Assembly: GCA_000004985.1 (NCBI GenBank) | Contig: GG738849.1 | Strand: one strand, 5' to 3' | DNA from: Naegleria gruberi | Lineage: Eukaryota | DNA: 64,000 nt | Shown: piece after piece, positions 48,001 through 59,193 of the stretch | Layout: every line of letters starts with the position of its first letter | How positions within the stretch are numbered: the first letter of the stretch is position 1 | Notes under the pieces: model-generated | Seen by the model: the letters and a program-made list of their open reading frames with translations, nothing else | The model's database searches: none | What the model was told of the DNA's origin: nothing | Translations under genes and position numbers: made by a program

Positions 48001-51000
48001 NNNNNNNNNNNNNNNNNNNNNNNNNNNNNNNNNNNNNNNNNNNNNNNNNNNNNNNNNNNNNNNNNNNNNNNNNNNNNNNNNNNNNNNNNNNNNNNNNNNN
48101 NNNNNNNNNNNNNNNNNNNNNNNNNNNNNNNNNNNNNNNNNNNNNNNNNNNNNNNNNNNNNNNNNNNNNNNNNNNNNNNNNNNNNNNNNNNNNNNNNNNN
48201 NNNNNNNNNNNNNNNNNNNNNNNNNNNNNNNNNNNNNNNNNNNNNNNNNNNNNNNNNNNNNNNNNNNNNNNNNNNNNNNNNNNNNNNNNNNNNNNNNNNN
48301 NNNNNNNNNNNNNNNNNNNNNNNNNNNNNNNNNNNNNNNNNNNNNNNNNNNNNNNNNNNNNNNNNNNNNNNNNNNNNNNNNNNNNNNNNNNNNNNNNNNN
48401 NNNNNNNNNNNNNNNNNNNNNNNNNNNNNNNNNNNNNNNNNNNNNNNNNNNNNNNNNNNNNNNNNNNNNNNNNNNNNNNNNNNNNNNNNNNNNNNNNNNN
48501 NNNNNNNNNNNNNNNNNNNNNNNNNNNNNNNNNNNNNNNNNNNNNNNNNNNNNNNNNNNNNNNNNNNNNNNNNNNNNNNNNNNNNNNNNNNNNNNNNNNN
48601 NNNNNNNNNNNNNNNNNNNNNNNNNNNNNNNNNNNNNNNNNNNNNNNNNNNNNNNNNNNNNNNNNNNNNNNNNNNNNNNNNNNNNNNNNNNNNNNNNNNN
48701 NNNNNNNNNNNNNNNNNNNNNNNNNNNNNNNNNNNNNNNNNNNNNNNNNNNNNNNNNNNNNNNNNNNNNNNNNNNNNNNNNNNNNNNNNNNNNNNNNNNN
48801 NNNNNNNNNNNNNNNNNNNNNNNNNNNNNNNNNNNNNNNNNNNNNNNNNNNNNNNNNNNNNNNNNNNNNNNNNNNNNNNNNNNNNNNNNNNNNNNNNNNN
48901 NNNNNNNNNNNNNNNNNNNNNNNNNNNNNNNNNNNNNNNNNNNNNNNNNNNNNNNNNNNNNNNNNNNNNNNNNNNNNNNNNNNNNNNNNNNNNNNNNNNN
49001 NNNNNNNNNNNNNNNNNNNNNNNNNNNNNNNNNNNNNNNNNNNNNNNNNNNNNNNNNNNNNNNNNNNNNNNNNNNNNNNNNNNNNNNNNNNNNNNNNNNN
49101 NNNNNNNNNNNNNNNNNNNNNNNNNNNNNNNNNNNNNNNNNNNNNNNNNNNNNNNNNNNNNNNNNNNNNNNNNNNNNNNNNNNNNNNNNNNNNNNNNNNN
49201 NNNNNNNNNNNNNNNNNNNNNNNNNNNNNNNNNNNNNNNNNNNNNNNNNNNNNNNNNNNNNNNNNNNNNNNNNNNNNNNNNNNNNNNNNNNNNNNNNNNN
49301 NNNNNNNNNNNNNNNNNNNNNNNNNNNNNNNNNNNNNNNNNNNNNNNNNNNNNNNNNNNNNNNNNNNNNNNNNNNNNNNNNNNNNNNNNNNNNNNNNNNN
49401 NNNNNNNNNNNNNNNNNNNNNNNNNNNNNNNNNNNNNNNNNNNNNNNNNNNNNNNNNNNNNNNNNNNNNNNNNNNNNNNNNNNNNNNNNNNNNNNNNNNN
49501 NNNNNNNNNNNNNNNNNNNNNNNNNNNNNNNNNNNNNNNNNNNNNNNNNNNNNNNNNNNNNNNNNNNNNNNNNNNNNNNNNNNNNNNNNNNNNNNNNNNN
49601 NNNNNNNNNNNNNNNNNNNNNNNNNNNNNNNNNNNNNNNNNNNNNNNNNNNNNNNNNNNNNNNNNNNNNNNNNNNNNNNNNNNNNNNNNNNNNNNNNNNN
49701 NNNNNNNNNNNNNNNNNNNNNNNNNNNNNNNNNNNNNNNNNNNNNNNNNNNNNNNNNNNNNNNNNNNNNNNNNNNNNNNNNNNNNNNNNNNNNNNNNNNN
49801 NNNNNNNNNNNNNNNNNNNNNNNNNNNNNNNNNNNNNNNNNNNNNNNNNNNNNNNNNNNNNNNNNNNNNNNNNNNNNNNNNNNNNNNNNNNNNNNNNNNN
49901 NNNNNNNNNNNNNNNNNNNNNNNNNNNNNNNNNNNNNNNNNNNNNNNNNNNNNNNNNNNNNNNNNNNNNNNNNNNNNNNNNNNNNNNNNNNNNNNNNNNN
50001 NNNNNNNNNNNNNNNNNNNNNNNNNNNNNNNNNNNNNNNNNNNNNNNNNNNNNNNNNNNNNNNNNNNNNNNNNNNNNNNNNNNNNNNNNNNNNNNNNNNN
50101 NNNNNNNNNNNNNNNNNNNNNNNNNNNNNNNNNNNNNNNNNNNNNNNNNNNNNNNNNNNNNNNNNNNNNNNNNNNNNNNNNNNNNNNNNNNNNNNNNNNN
50201 NNNNNNNNNNNNNNNNNNNNNNNNNNNNNNNNNNNNNNNNNNNNNNNNNNNNNNNNNNNNNNNNNNNNNNNNNNNNNNNNNNNNNNNNNNNNNNNNNNNN
50301 NNNNNNNNNNNNNNNNNNNNNNNNNNNNNNNNNNNNNNNNNNNNNNNNNNNNNNNNNNNNNNNNNNNNNNNNNNNNNNNNNNNNNNNNNNNNNNNNNNNN
50401 NNNNNNNNNNNNNNNNNNNNNNNNNNNNNNNNNNNNNNNNNNNNNNNNNNNNNNNNNNNNNNNNNNNNNNNNNNNNNNNNNNNNNNNNNNNNNNNNNNNN
50501 NNNNNNNNNNNNNNNNNNNNNNNNNNNNNNNNNNNNNNNNNNNNNNNNNNNNNNNNNNNNNNNNNNNNNNNNNNNNNNNNNNNNNNNNNNNNNNNNNNNN
50601 NNNNNNNNNNNNNNNNNNNNNNNNNNNNNNNNNNNNNNNNNNNNNNNNNNNNNNNNNNNNNNNNNNNNNNNNNNNNNNNNNNNNNNNNNNNNNNNNNNNN
50701 NNNNNNNNNNNNNNNNNNNNNNNNNNNNNNNNNNNNNNNNNNNNNNNNNNNNNNNNNNNNNNNNNNNNNNNNNNNNNNNNNNNNNNNNNNNNNNNNNNNN
50801 NNNNNNNNNNNNNNNNNNNNNNNNNNNNNNNNNNNNNNNNNNNNNNNNNNNNNNNNNNNNNNNNNNNNNNNNNNNNNNNNNNNNNNNNNNNNNNNNNNNN
50901 NNNNNNNNNNNNNNNNNNNNNNNNNNNNNNNNNNNNNNNNNNNNNNNNNNNNNNNNNNNNNNNNNNNNNNNNNNNNNNNNNNNNNNNNNNNNNNNNNNNN

Positions 51001-54000
51001 NNNNNNNNNNNNNNNNNNNNNNNNNNNNNNNNNNNNNNNNNNNNNNNNNNNNNNNNNNNNNNNNNNNNNNNNNNNNNNNNNNNNNNNNNNNNNNNNNNNN
51101 NNNNNNNNNNNNNNNNNNNNNNNNNNNNNNNNNNNNNNNNNNNNNNNNNNNNNNNNNNNNNNNNNNNNNNNNNNNNNNNNNNNNNNNNNNNNNNNNNNNN
51201 NNNNNNNNNNNNNNNNNNNNNNNNNNNNNNNNNNNNNNNNNNNNNNNNNNNNNNNNNNNNNNNNNNNNNNNNNNNNNNNNNNNNNNNNNNNNNNNNNNNN
51301 NNNNNNNNNNNNNNNNNNNNNNNNNNNNNNNNNNNNNNNNNNNNNNNNNNNNNNNNNNNNNNNNNNNNNNNNNNNNNNNNNNNNNNNNNNNNNNNNNNNN
51401 NNNNNNNNNNNNNNNNNNNNNNNNNNNNNNNNNNNNNNNNNNNNNNNNNNNNNNNNNNNNNNNNNNNNNNNNNNNNNNNNNNNNNNNNNNNNNNNNNNNN
51501 NNNNNNNNNNNNNNNNNNNNNNNNNNNNNNNNNNNNNNNNNNNNNNNNNNNNNNNNNNNNNNNNNNNNNNNNNNNNNNNNNNNNNNNNNNNNNNNNNNNN
51601 NNNNNNNNNNNNNNNNNNNNNNNNNNNNNNNNNNNNNNNNNNNNNNNNNNNNNNNNNNNNNNNNNNNNNNNNNNNNNNNNNNNNNNNNNNNNNNNNNNNN
51701 NNNNNNNNNNNNNNNNNNNNNNNNNNNNNNNNNNNNNNNNNNNNNNNNNNNNNNNNNNNNNNNNNNNNNNNNNNNNNNNNNNNNNNNNNNNNNNNNNNNN
51801 NNNNNNNNNNNNNNNNNNNNNNNNNNNNNNNNNNNNNNNNNNNNNNNNNNNNNNNNNNNNNNNNNNNNNNNNNNNNNNNNNNNNNNNNNNNNNNNNNNNN
51901 NNNNNNNNNNNNNNNNNNNNNNNNNNNNNNNNNNNNNNNNNNNNNNNNNNNNNNNNNNNNNNNNNNNNNNNNNNNNNNNNNNNNNNNNNNNNNNNNNNNN
52001 NNNNNNNNNNNNNNNNNNNNNNNNNNNNNNNNNNNNNNNNNNNNNNNNNNNNNNNNNNNNNNNNNNNNNNNNNNNNNNNNNNNNNNNNNNNNNNNNNNNN
52101 NNNNNNNNNNNNNNNNNNNNNNNNNNNNNNNNNNNNNNNNNNNNNNNNNNNNNNNNNNNNNNNNNNNNNNNNNNNNNNNNNNNNNNNNNNNNNNNNNNNN
52201 NNNNNNNNNNNNNNNNNNNNNNNNNNNNNNNNNNNNNNNNNNNNNNNNNNNNNNNNNNNNNNNNNNNNNNNNNNNNNNNNNNNNNNNNNNNNNNNNNNNN
52301 NNNNNNNNNNNNNNNNNNNNNNNNNNNNNNNNNNNNNNNNNNNNNNNNNNNNNNNNNNNNNNNNNNNNNNNNNNNNNNNNNNNNNNNNNNNNNNNNNNNN
52401 NNNNNNNNNNNNNNNNNNNNNNNNNNNNNNNNNNNNNNNNNNNNNNNNNNNNNNNNNNNNNNNNNNNNNNNNNNNNNNNNNNNNNNNNNNNNNNNNNNNN
52501 NNNNNNNNNNNNNNNNNNNNNNNNNNNNNNNNNNNNNNNNNNNNNNNNNNNNNNNNNNNNNNNNNNNNNNNNNNNNNNNNNNNNNNNNNNNNNNNNNNNN
52601 NNNNNNNNNNNNNNNNNNNNNNNNNNNNNNNNNNNNNNNNNNNNNNNNNNNNNNNNNNNNNNNNNNNNNNNNNNNNNNNNNNNNNNNNNNNNNNNNNNNN
52701 NNNNNNNNNNNNNNNNNNNNNNNNNNNNNNNNNNNNNNNNNNNNNNNNNNNNNNNNNNNNNNNNNNNNNNNNNNNNNNNNNNNNNNNNNNNNNNNNNNNN
52801 NNNNNNNNNNNNNNNNNNNNNNNNNNNNNNNNNNNNNNNNNNNNNNNNNNNNNNNNNNNNNNNNNNNNNNNNNNNNNNNNNNNNNNNNNNNNNNNNNNNN
52901 NNNNNNNNNNNNNNNNNNNNNNNNNNNNNNNNNNNNNNNNNNNNNNNNNNNNNNNNNNNNNNNNNNNNNNNNNNNNNNNNNNNNNNNNNNNNNNNNNNNN
53001 NNNNNNNNNNNNNNNNNNNNNNNNNNNNNNNNNNNNNNNNNNNNNNNNNNNNNNNNNNNNNNNNNNNNNNNNNNNNNNNNNNNNNNNNNNNNNNNNNNNN
53101 NNNNNNNNNNNNNNNNNNNNNNNNNNNNNNNNNNNNNNNNNNNNNNNNNNNNNNNNNNNNNNNNNNNNNNNNNNNNNNNNNNNNNNNNNNNNNNNNNNNN
53201 NNNNNNNNNNNNNNNNNNNNNNNNNNNNNNNNNNNNNNNNNNNNNNNNNNNNNNNNNNNNNNNNNNNNNNNNNNNNNNNNNNNNNNNNNNNNNNNNNNNN
53301 NNNNNNNNNNNNNNNNNNNNNNNNNNNNNNNNNNNNNNNNNNNNNNNNNNNNNNNNNNNNNNNNNNNNNNNNNNNNNNNNNNNNNNNNNNNNNNNNNNNN
53401 NNNNNNNNNNNNNNNNNNNNNNNNNNNNNNNNNNNNNNNNNNNNNNNNNNNNNNNNNNNNNNNNNNNNNNNNNNNNNNNNNNNNNNNNNNNNNNNNNNNN
53501 NNNNNNNNNNNNNNNNNNNNNNNNNNNNNNNNNNNNNNNNNNNNNNNNNNNNNNNNNNNNNNNNNNNNNNNNNNNNNNNNNNNNNNNNNNNNNNNNNNNN
53601 NNNNNNNNNNNNNNNNNNNNNNNNNNNNNNNNNNNNNNNNNNNNNNNNNNNNNNNNNNNNNNNNNNNNNNNNNNNNNNNNNNNNNNNNNNNNNNNNNNNN
53701 NNNNNNNNNNNNNNNNNNNNNNNNNNNNNNNNNNNNNNNNNNNNNNNNNNNNNNNNNNNNNNNNNNNNNNNNNNNNNNNNNNNNNNNNNNNNNNNNNNNN
53801 NNNNNNNNNNNNNNNNNNNNNNNNNNNNNNNNNNNNNNNNNNNNNNNNNNNNNNNNNNNNNNNNNNNNNNNNNNNNNNNNNNNNNNNNNNNNNNNNNNNN
53901 NNNNNNNNNNNNNNNNNNNNNNNNNNNNNNNNNNNNNNNNNNNNNNNNNNNNNNNNNNNNNNNNNNNNNNNNNNNNNNNNNNNNNNNNNNNNNNNNNNNN

Positions 54001-57000
54001 NNNNNNNNNNNNNNNNNNNNNNNNNNNNNNNNNNNNNNNNNNNNNNNNNNNNNNNNNNNNNNNNNNNNNNNNNNNNNNNNNNNNNNNNNNNNNNNNNNNN
54101 NNNNNNNNNNNNNNNNNNNNNNNNNNNNNNNNNNNNNNNNNNNNNNNNNNNNNNNNNNNNNNNNNNNNNNNNNNNNNNNNNNNNNNNNNNNNNNNNNNNN
54201 NNNNNNNNNNNNNNNNNNNNNNNNNNNNNNNNNNNNNNNNNNNNNNNNNNNNNNNNNNNNNNNNNNNNNNNNNNNNNNNNNNNNNNNNNNNNNNNNNNNN
54301 NNNNNNNNNNNNNNNNNNNNNNNNNNNNNNNNNNNNNNNNNNNNNNNNNNNNNNNNNNNNNNNNNNNNNNNNNNNNNNNNNNNNNNNNNNNNNNNNNNNN
54401 NNNNNNNNNNNNNNNNNNNNNNNNNNNNNNNNNNNNNNNNNNNNNNNNNNNNNNNNNNNNNNNNNNNNNNNNNNNNNNNNNNNNNNNNNNNNNNNNNNNN
54501 NNNNNNNNNNNNNNNNNNNNNNNNNNNNNNNNNNNNNNNNNNNNNNNNNNNNNNNNNNNNNNNNNNNNNNNNNNNNNNNNNNNNNNNNNNNNNNNNNNNN
54601 NNNNNNNNNNNNNNNNNNNNNNNNNNNNNNNNNNNNNNNNNNNNNNNNNNNNNNNNNNNNNNNNNNNNNNNNNNNNNNNNNNNNNNNNNNNNNNNNNNNN
54701 NNNNNNNNNNNNNNNNNNNNNNNNNNNNNNNNNNNNNNNNNNNNNNNNNNNNNNNNNNNNNNNNNNNNNNNNNNNNNNNNNNNNNNNNNNNNNNNNNNNN
54801 NNNNNNNNNNNNNNNNNNNNNNNNNNNNNNNNNNNNNNNNNNNNNNNNNNNNNNNNNNNNNNNNNNNNNNNNNNNNNNNNNNNNNNNNNNNNNNNNNNNN
54901 NNNNNNNNNNNNNNNNNNNNNNNNNNNNNNNNNNNNNNNNNNNNNNNNNNNNNNNNNNNNNNNNNNNNNNNNNNNNNNNNNNNNNNNNNNNNNNNNNNNN
55001 NNNNNNNNNNNNNNNNNNNNNNNNNNNNNNNNNNNNNNNNNNNNNNNNNNNNNNNNNNNNNNNNNNNNNNNNNNNNNNNNNNNNNNNNNNNNNNNNNNNN
55101 NNNNNNNNNNNNNNNNNNNNNNNNNNNNNNNNNNNNNNNNNNNNNNNNNNNNNNNNNNNNNNNNNNNNNNNNNNNNNNNNNNNNNNNNNNNNNNNNNNNN
55201 NNNNNNNNNNNNNNNNNNNNNNNNNNNNNNNNNNNNNNNNNNNNNNNNNNNNNNNNNNNNNNNNNNNNNNNNNNNNNNNNNNNNNNNNNNNNNNNNNNNN
55301 NNNNNNNNNNNNNNNNNNNNNNNNNNNNNNNNNNNNNNNNNNNNNNNNNNNNNNNNNNNNNNNNNNNNNNNNNNNNNNNNNNNNNNNNNNNNNNNNNNNN
55401 NNNNNNNNNNNNNNNNNNNNNNNNNNNNNNNNNNNNNNNNNNNNNNNNNNNNNNNNNNNNNNNNNNNNNNNNNNNNNNNNNNNNNNNNNNNNNNNNNNNN
55501 NNNNNNNNNNNNNNNNNNNNNNNNNNNNNNNNNNNNNNNNNNNNNNNNNNNNNNNNNNNNNNNNNNNNNNNNNNNNNNNNNNNNNNNNNNNNNNNNNNNN
55601 NNNNNNNNNNNNNNNNNNNNNNNNNNNNNNNNNNNNNNNNNNNNNNNNNNNNNNNNNNNNNNNNNNNNNNNNNNNNNNNNNNNNNNNNNNNNNNNNNNNN
55701 NNNNNNNNNNNNNNNNNNNNNNNNNNNNNNNNNNNNNNNNNNNNNNNNNNNNNNNNNNNNNNNNNNNNNNNNNNNNNNNNNNNNNNNNNNNNNNNNNNNN
55801 NNNNNNNNNNNNNNNNNNNNNNNNNNNNNNNNNNNNNNNNNNNNNNNNNNNNNNNNNNNNNNNNNNNNNNNNNNNNNNNNNNNNNNNNNNNNNNNNNNNN
55901 NNNNNNNNNNNNNNNNNNNNNNNNNNNNNNNNNNNNNNNNNNNNNNNNNNNNNNNNNNNNNNNNNNNNNNNNNNNNNNNNNNNNNNNNNNNNNNNNNNNN
56001 NNNNNNNNNNNNNNNNNNNNNNNNNNNNNNNNNNNNNNNNNNNNNNNNNNNNNNNNNNNNNNNNNNNNNNNNNNNNNNNNNNNNNNNNNNNNNNNNNNNN
56101 NNNNNNNNNNNNNNNNNNNNNNNNNNNNNNNNNNNNNNNNNNNNNNNNNNNNNNNNNNNNNNNNNNNNNNNNNNNNNNNNNNNNNNNNNNNNNNNNNNNN
56201 NNNNNNNNNNNNNNNNNNNNNNNNNNNNNNNNNNNNNNNNNNNNNNNNNNNNNNNNNNNNNNNNNNNNNNNNNNNNNNNNNNNNNNNNNNNNNNNNNNNN
56301 NNNNNNNNNNNNNNNNNNNNNNNNNNNNNNNNNNNNNNNNNNNNNNNNNNNNNNNNNNNNNNNNNNNNNNNNNNNNNNNNNNNNNNNNNNNNNNNNNNNN
56401 NNNNNNNNNNNNNNNNNNNNNNNNNNNNNNNNNNNNNNNNNNNNNNNNNNNNNNNNNNNNNNNNNNNNNNNNNNNNNNNNNNNNNNNNNNNNNNNNNNNN
56501 NNNNNNNNNNNNNNNNNNNNNNNNNNNNNNNNNNNNNNNNNNNNNNNNNNNNNNNNNNNNNNNNNNNNNNNNNNNNNNNNNNNNNNNNNNNNNNNNNNNN
56601 NNNNNNNNNNNNNNNNNNNNNNNNNNNNNNNNNNNNNNNNNNNNNNNNNNNNNNNNNNNNNNNNNNNNNNNNNNNNNNNNNNNNNNNNNNNNNNNNNNNN
56701 NNNNNNNNNNNNNNNNNNNNNNNNNNNNNNNNNNNNNNNNNNNNNNNNNNNNNNNNNNNNNNNNNNNNNNNNNNNNNNNNNNNNNNNNNNNNNNNNNNNN
56801 NNNNNNNNNNNNNNNNNNNNNNNNNNNNNNNNNNNNNNNNNNNNNNNNNNNNNNNNNNNNNNNNNNNNNNNNNNNNNNNNNNNNNNNNNNNNNNNNNNNN
56901 NNNNNNNNNNNNNNNNNNNNNNNNNNNNNNNNNNNNNNNNNNNNNNNNNNNNNNNNNNNNNNNNNNNNNNNNNNNNNNNNNNNNNNNNNNNNNNNNNNNN

Positions 57001-58512
57001 NNNNNNNNNNNNNNNNNNNNNNNNNNNNNNNNNNNNNNNNNNNNNNNNNNNNNNNNNNNNNNNNNNNNNNNNNNNNNNNNNNNNNNNNNNNNNNNNNNNN
57101 NNNNNNNNNNNNNNNNNNNNNNNNNNNNNNNNNNNNNNNNNNNNNNNNNNNNNNNNNNNNNNNNNNNNNNNNNNNNNNNNNNNNNNNNNNNNNNNNNNNN
57201 NNNNNNNNNNNNNNNNNNNNNNNNNNNNNNNNNNNNNNNNNNNNNNNNNNNNNNNNNNNNNNNNNNNNNNNNNNNNNNNNNNNNNNNNNNNNNNNNNNNN
57301 NNNNNNNNNNNNNNNNNNNNNNNNNNNNNNNNNNNNNNNNNNNNNNNNNNNNNNNNNNNNNNNNNNNNNNNNNNNNNNNNNNNNNNNNNNNNNNNNNNNN
57401 NNNNNNNNNNNNNNNNNNNNNNNNNNNNNNNNNNNNNNNNNNNNNNNNNNNNNNNNNNNNNNNNNNNNNNNNNNNNNNNNNNNNNNNNNNNNNNNNNNNN
57501 NNNNNNNNNNNNNNNNNNNNNNNNNNNNNNNNNNNNNNNNNNNNNNNNNNNNNNNNNNNNNNNNNNNNNNNNNNNNNNNNNNNNNNNNNNNNNNNNNNNN
57601 NNNNNNNNNNNNNNNNNNNNNNNNNNNNNNNNNNNNNNNNNNNNNNNNNNNNNNNNNNNNNNNNNNNNNNNNNNNNNNNNNNNNNNNNNNNNNNNNNNNN
57701 NNNNNNNNNNNNNNNNNNNNNNNNNNNNNNNNNNNNNNNNNNNNNNNNNNNNNNNNNNNNNNNNNNNNNNNNNNNNNNNNNNNNNNNNNNNNNNNNNNNN
57801 NNNNNNNNNNNNNNNNNNNNNNNNNNNNNNNNNNNNNNNNNNNNNNNNNNNNNNNNNNNNNNNNNNNNNNNNNNNNNNNNNNNNNNNNNNNNNNNNNNNN
57901 NNNNNNNNNNNNNNNNNNNNNNNNNNNNNNNNNNNNNNNNNNNNNNNNNNNNNNNNNNNNNNNNNNNNNNNNNNNNNNNNNNNNNNNNNNNNNNNNNNNN
58001 NNNNNNNNNNNNNNNNNNNNNNNNNNNNNNNNNNNNNNNNNNNNNNNNNNNNNNNNNNNNNNNNNNNNNNNNNNNNNNNNNNNNNNNNNNNNNNNNNNNN
58101 NNNNNNNNNNNNNNNNNNNNNNNNNNNNNNNNNNNNNNNNNNNNNNNNNNNNNNNNNNNNNNNNNNNNNNNNNNNNNNNNNNNNNNNNNNNNNNNNNNNN
58201 NNNNNNNNNNNNNNNNNNNNNNNNNNNNNNNNNNNNNNNNNNNNNNNNNNNNNNNNNNNNNNNNNNNNNNNNNNNNNNNNNNNNNNNNNNNNNNNNNNNN
58301 NNNNNNNNNNNNNNNNNNNNNNNNNNNNNNNNNNNNNNNNNNNNNNNNNNNNNNNNNNNNNNNNNNNNNNNNNNNNNNNNNNNNNNNNNNNNNNNNNNNN
58401 NNNNNNNNNNNNNNNNNNNNNNNNNNNNNNNNNNNNNNNNNNNNNNNNNNNNNNNNNNNNNNNNNNNNNNNNNNNNNNNNNNNNNNNNNNNNNNNNNNNN
58501 NNNNNNNNNNNN
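1..58512. other. Assembly gap: uninterrupted run of N (unresolved scaffold sequence)
   Basis: Every base from 1 to 58512 is n; the first determined base is c at 58513. Seen directly in the sequence. Confidence 1.
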
Positions 58513-58959
58513 CCTGCCACATGTATAATAATTCATTCGGTCAACTTTTTCTGATTGAAAATTAAAATATATTGCAACATCAATCTGGGAATCATCAATA
58601 TCAAATGGCAATCCACAATTAGCTTGATTTTCTGTAAAATTATTCATCAAGACGATATTAATATCAAATCTTGCATATTGTTTGACATTTAAATTTTTGA
58701 CATCTTGATTGATTTGCATAGCAGCCACCCGAAGAAGATTTTGCATAGAGCATGGCATTTGCTTTCCGCATTCATTATTCTCTTGTACTATTGTAATCCC
58801 TCCGAAATCATCATAATACTTTGCAAAATATGTGTAATTAAATGTTACTCTTTCCAGTGTTGTTAAATTTTCTAGAGTTTGAGTGTACGCTCTTGTTGTG
58901 TTAAAGAAAAGGCACAGTGCGAGCAAAATAAGTATTTGAAGAGTGGGGCATCGAAGCAT
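58513..58959 (-). CDS. 5' fragment (149 codons) of a gene for a secreted or membrane glycoprotein. It has an N-terminal signal peptide and N-x-T sequons, and the rest of the gene runs into the assembly gap.
   Basis: Minus-strand ATG at 58959 in an aaaaaaaataaacaaaATG context. Hand translation: MLRCPTLQILILLALCLFFNTTRA|YTQTLENLTTLERVTFNYTYFAKYYDDFGGITIVQENNECGKQMPCSMQNLLRVAAMQINQDVKNLNVKQYARFDINIVLMNNFTENQANCGLPFDIDDSQIDVAIYFNFQSEKVDRMNYYTCGR. It stays open for all 149 codons down to the gap edge; no tta/cta/tca triplets occur in this frame on the plus strand. The N-terminus has a hydrophobic core followed by a small-residue cleavage-like site (TRA-Y), with three N-x-T sequons and several Cys. 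The ORF track missed it because no stop codon is reached. Family assignment is not possible; a receptor-type extracellular ligand-binding domain is only a guess. Confidence 0.5.
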
Positions 58960-59174
58960 TTTGTTTATTTTTTTTGTAAACACTCACAGCAAATACTGTC
59001 TCACTGGTCATCAACAATTTGGATTCATTTCAAATATTTCAGAACTCTATTTAAATTAAGGATGTGTTATAAACCTTAAAAAGTTAGATAAGAACTTTTA
59101 CTGTAAATATCAAATGAATCATAAACAATTACTACTACAATTACTTCTCACAAATGTTTTCTCACACTCAAAAT

Positions 59175-59180
59175 TTTATT
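59175..59180 (-). promoter_or_regulatory. Putative polyadenylation signal (AATAAA on minus strand) for the lactone-oxidase gene
   Basis: The plus strand reads tttatt at 59175..59180, i.e. AATAAA on the minus strand, about 14 nt downstream of the TAA stop at 59194..59196. The position fits a eukaryotic 3' end, but AT-rich spacers give many chance hexamers. Confidence 0.3.
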
Positions 59181-59193
59181 TCACAATATAATT

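Noticed and set aside
58879-59079. Plus-strand 66-aa ORF spanning the start region of the minus-strand signal-peptide gene
   Set aside because: It overlaps the antisense strand of a better-supported minus-strand start and 5' region. It is short, with no start context or recognisable motif, so it is an antisense shadow ORF.
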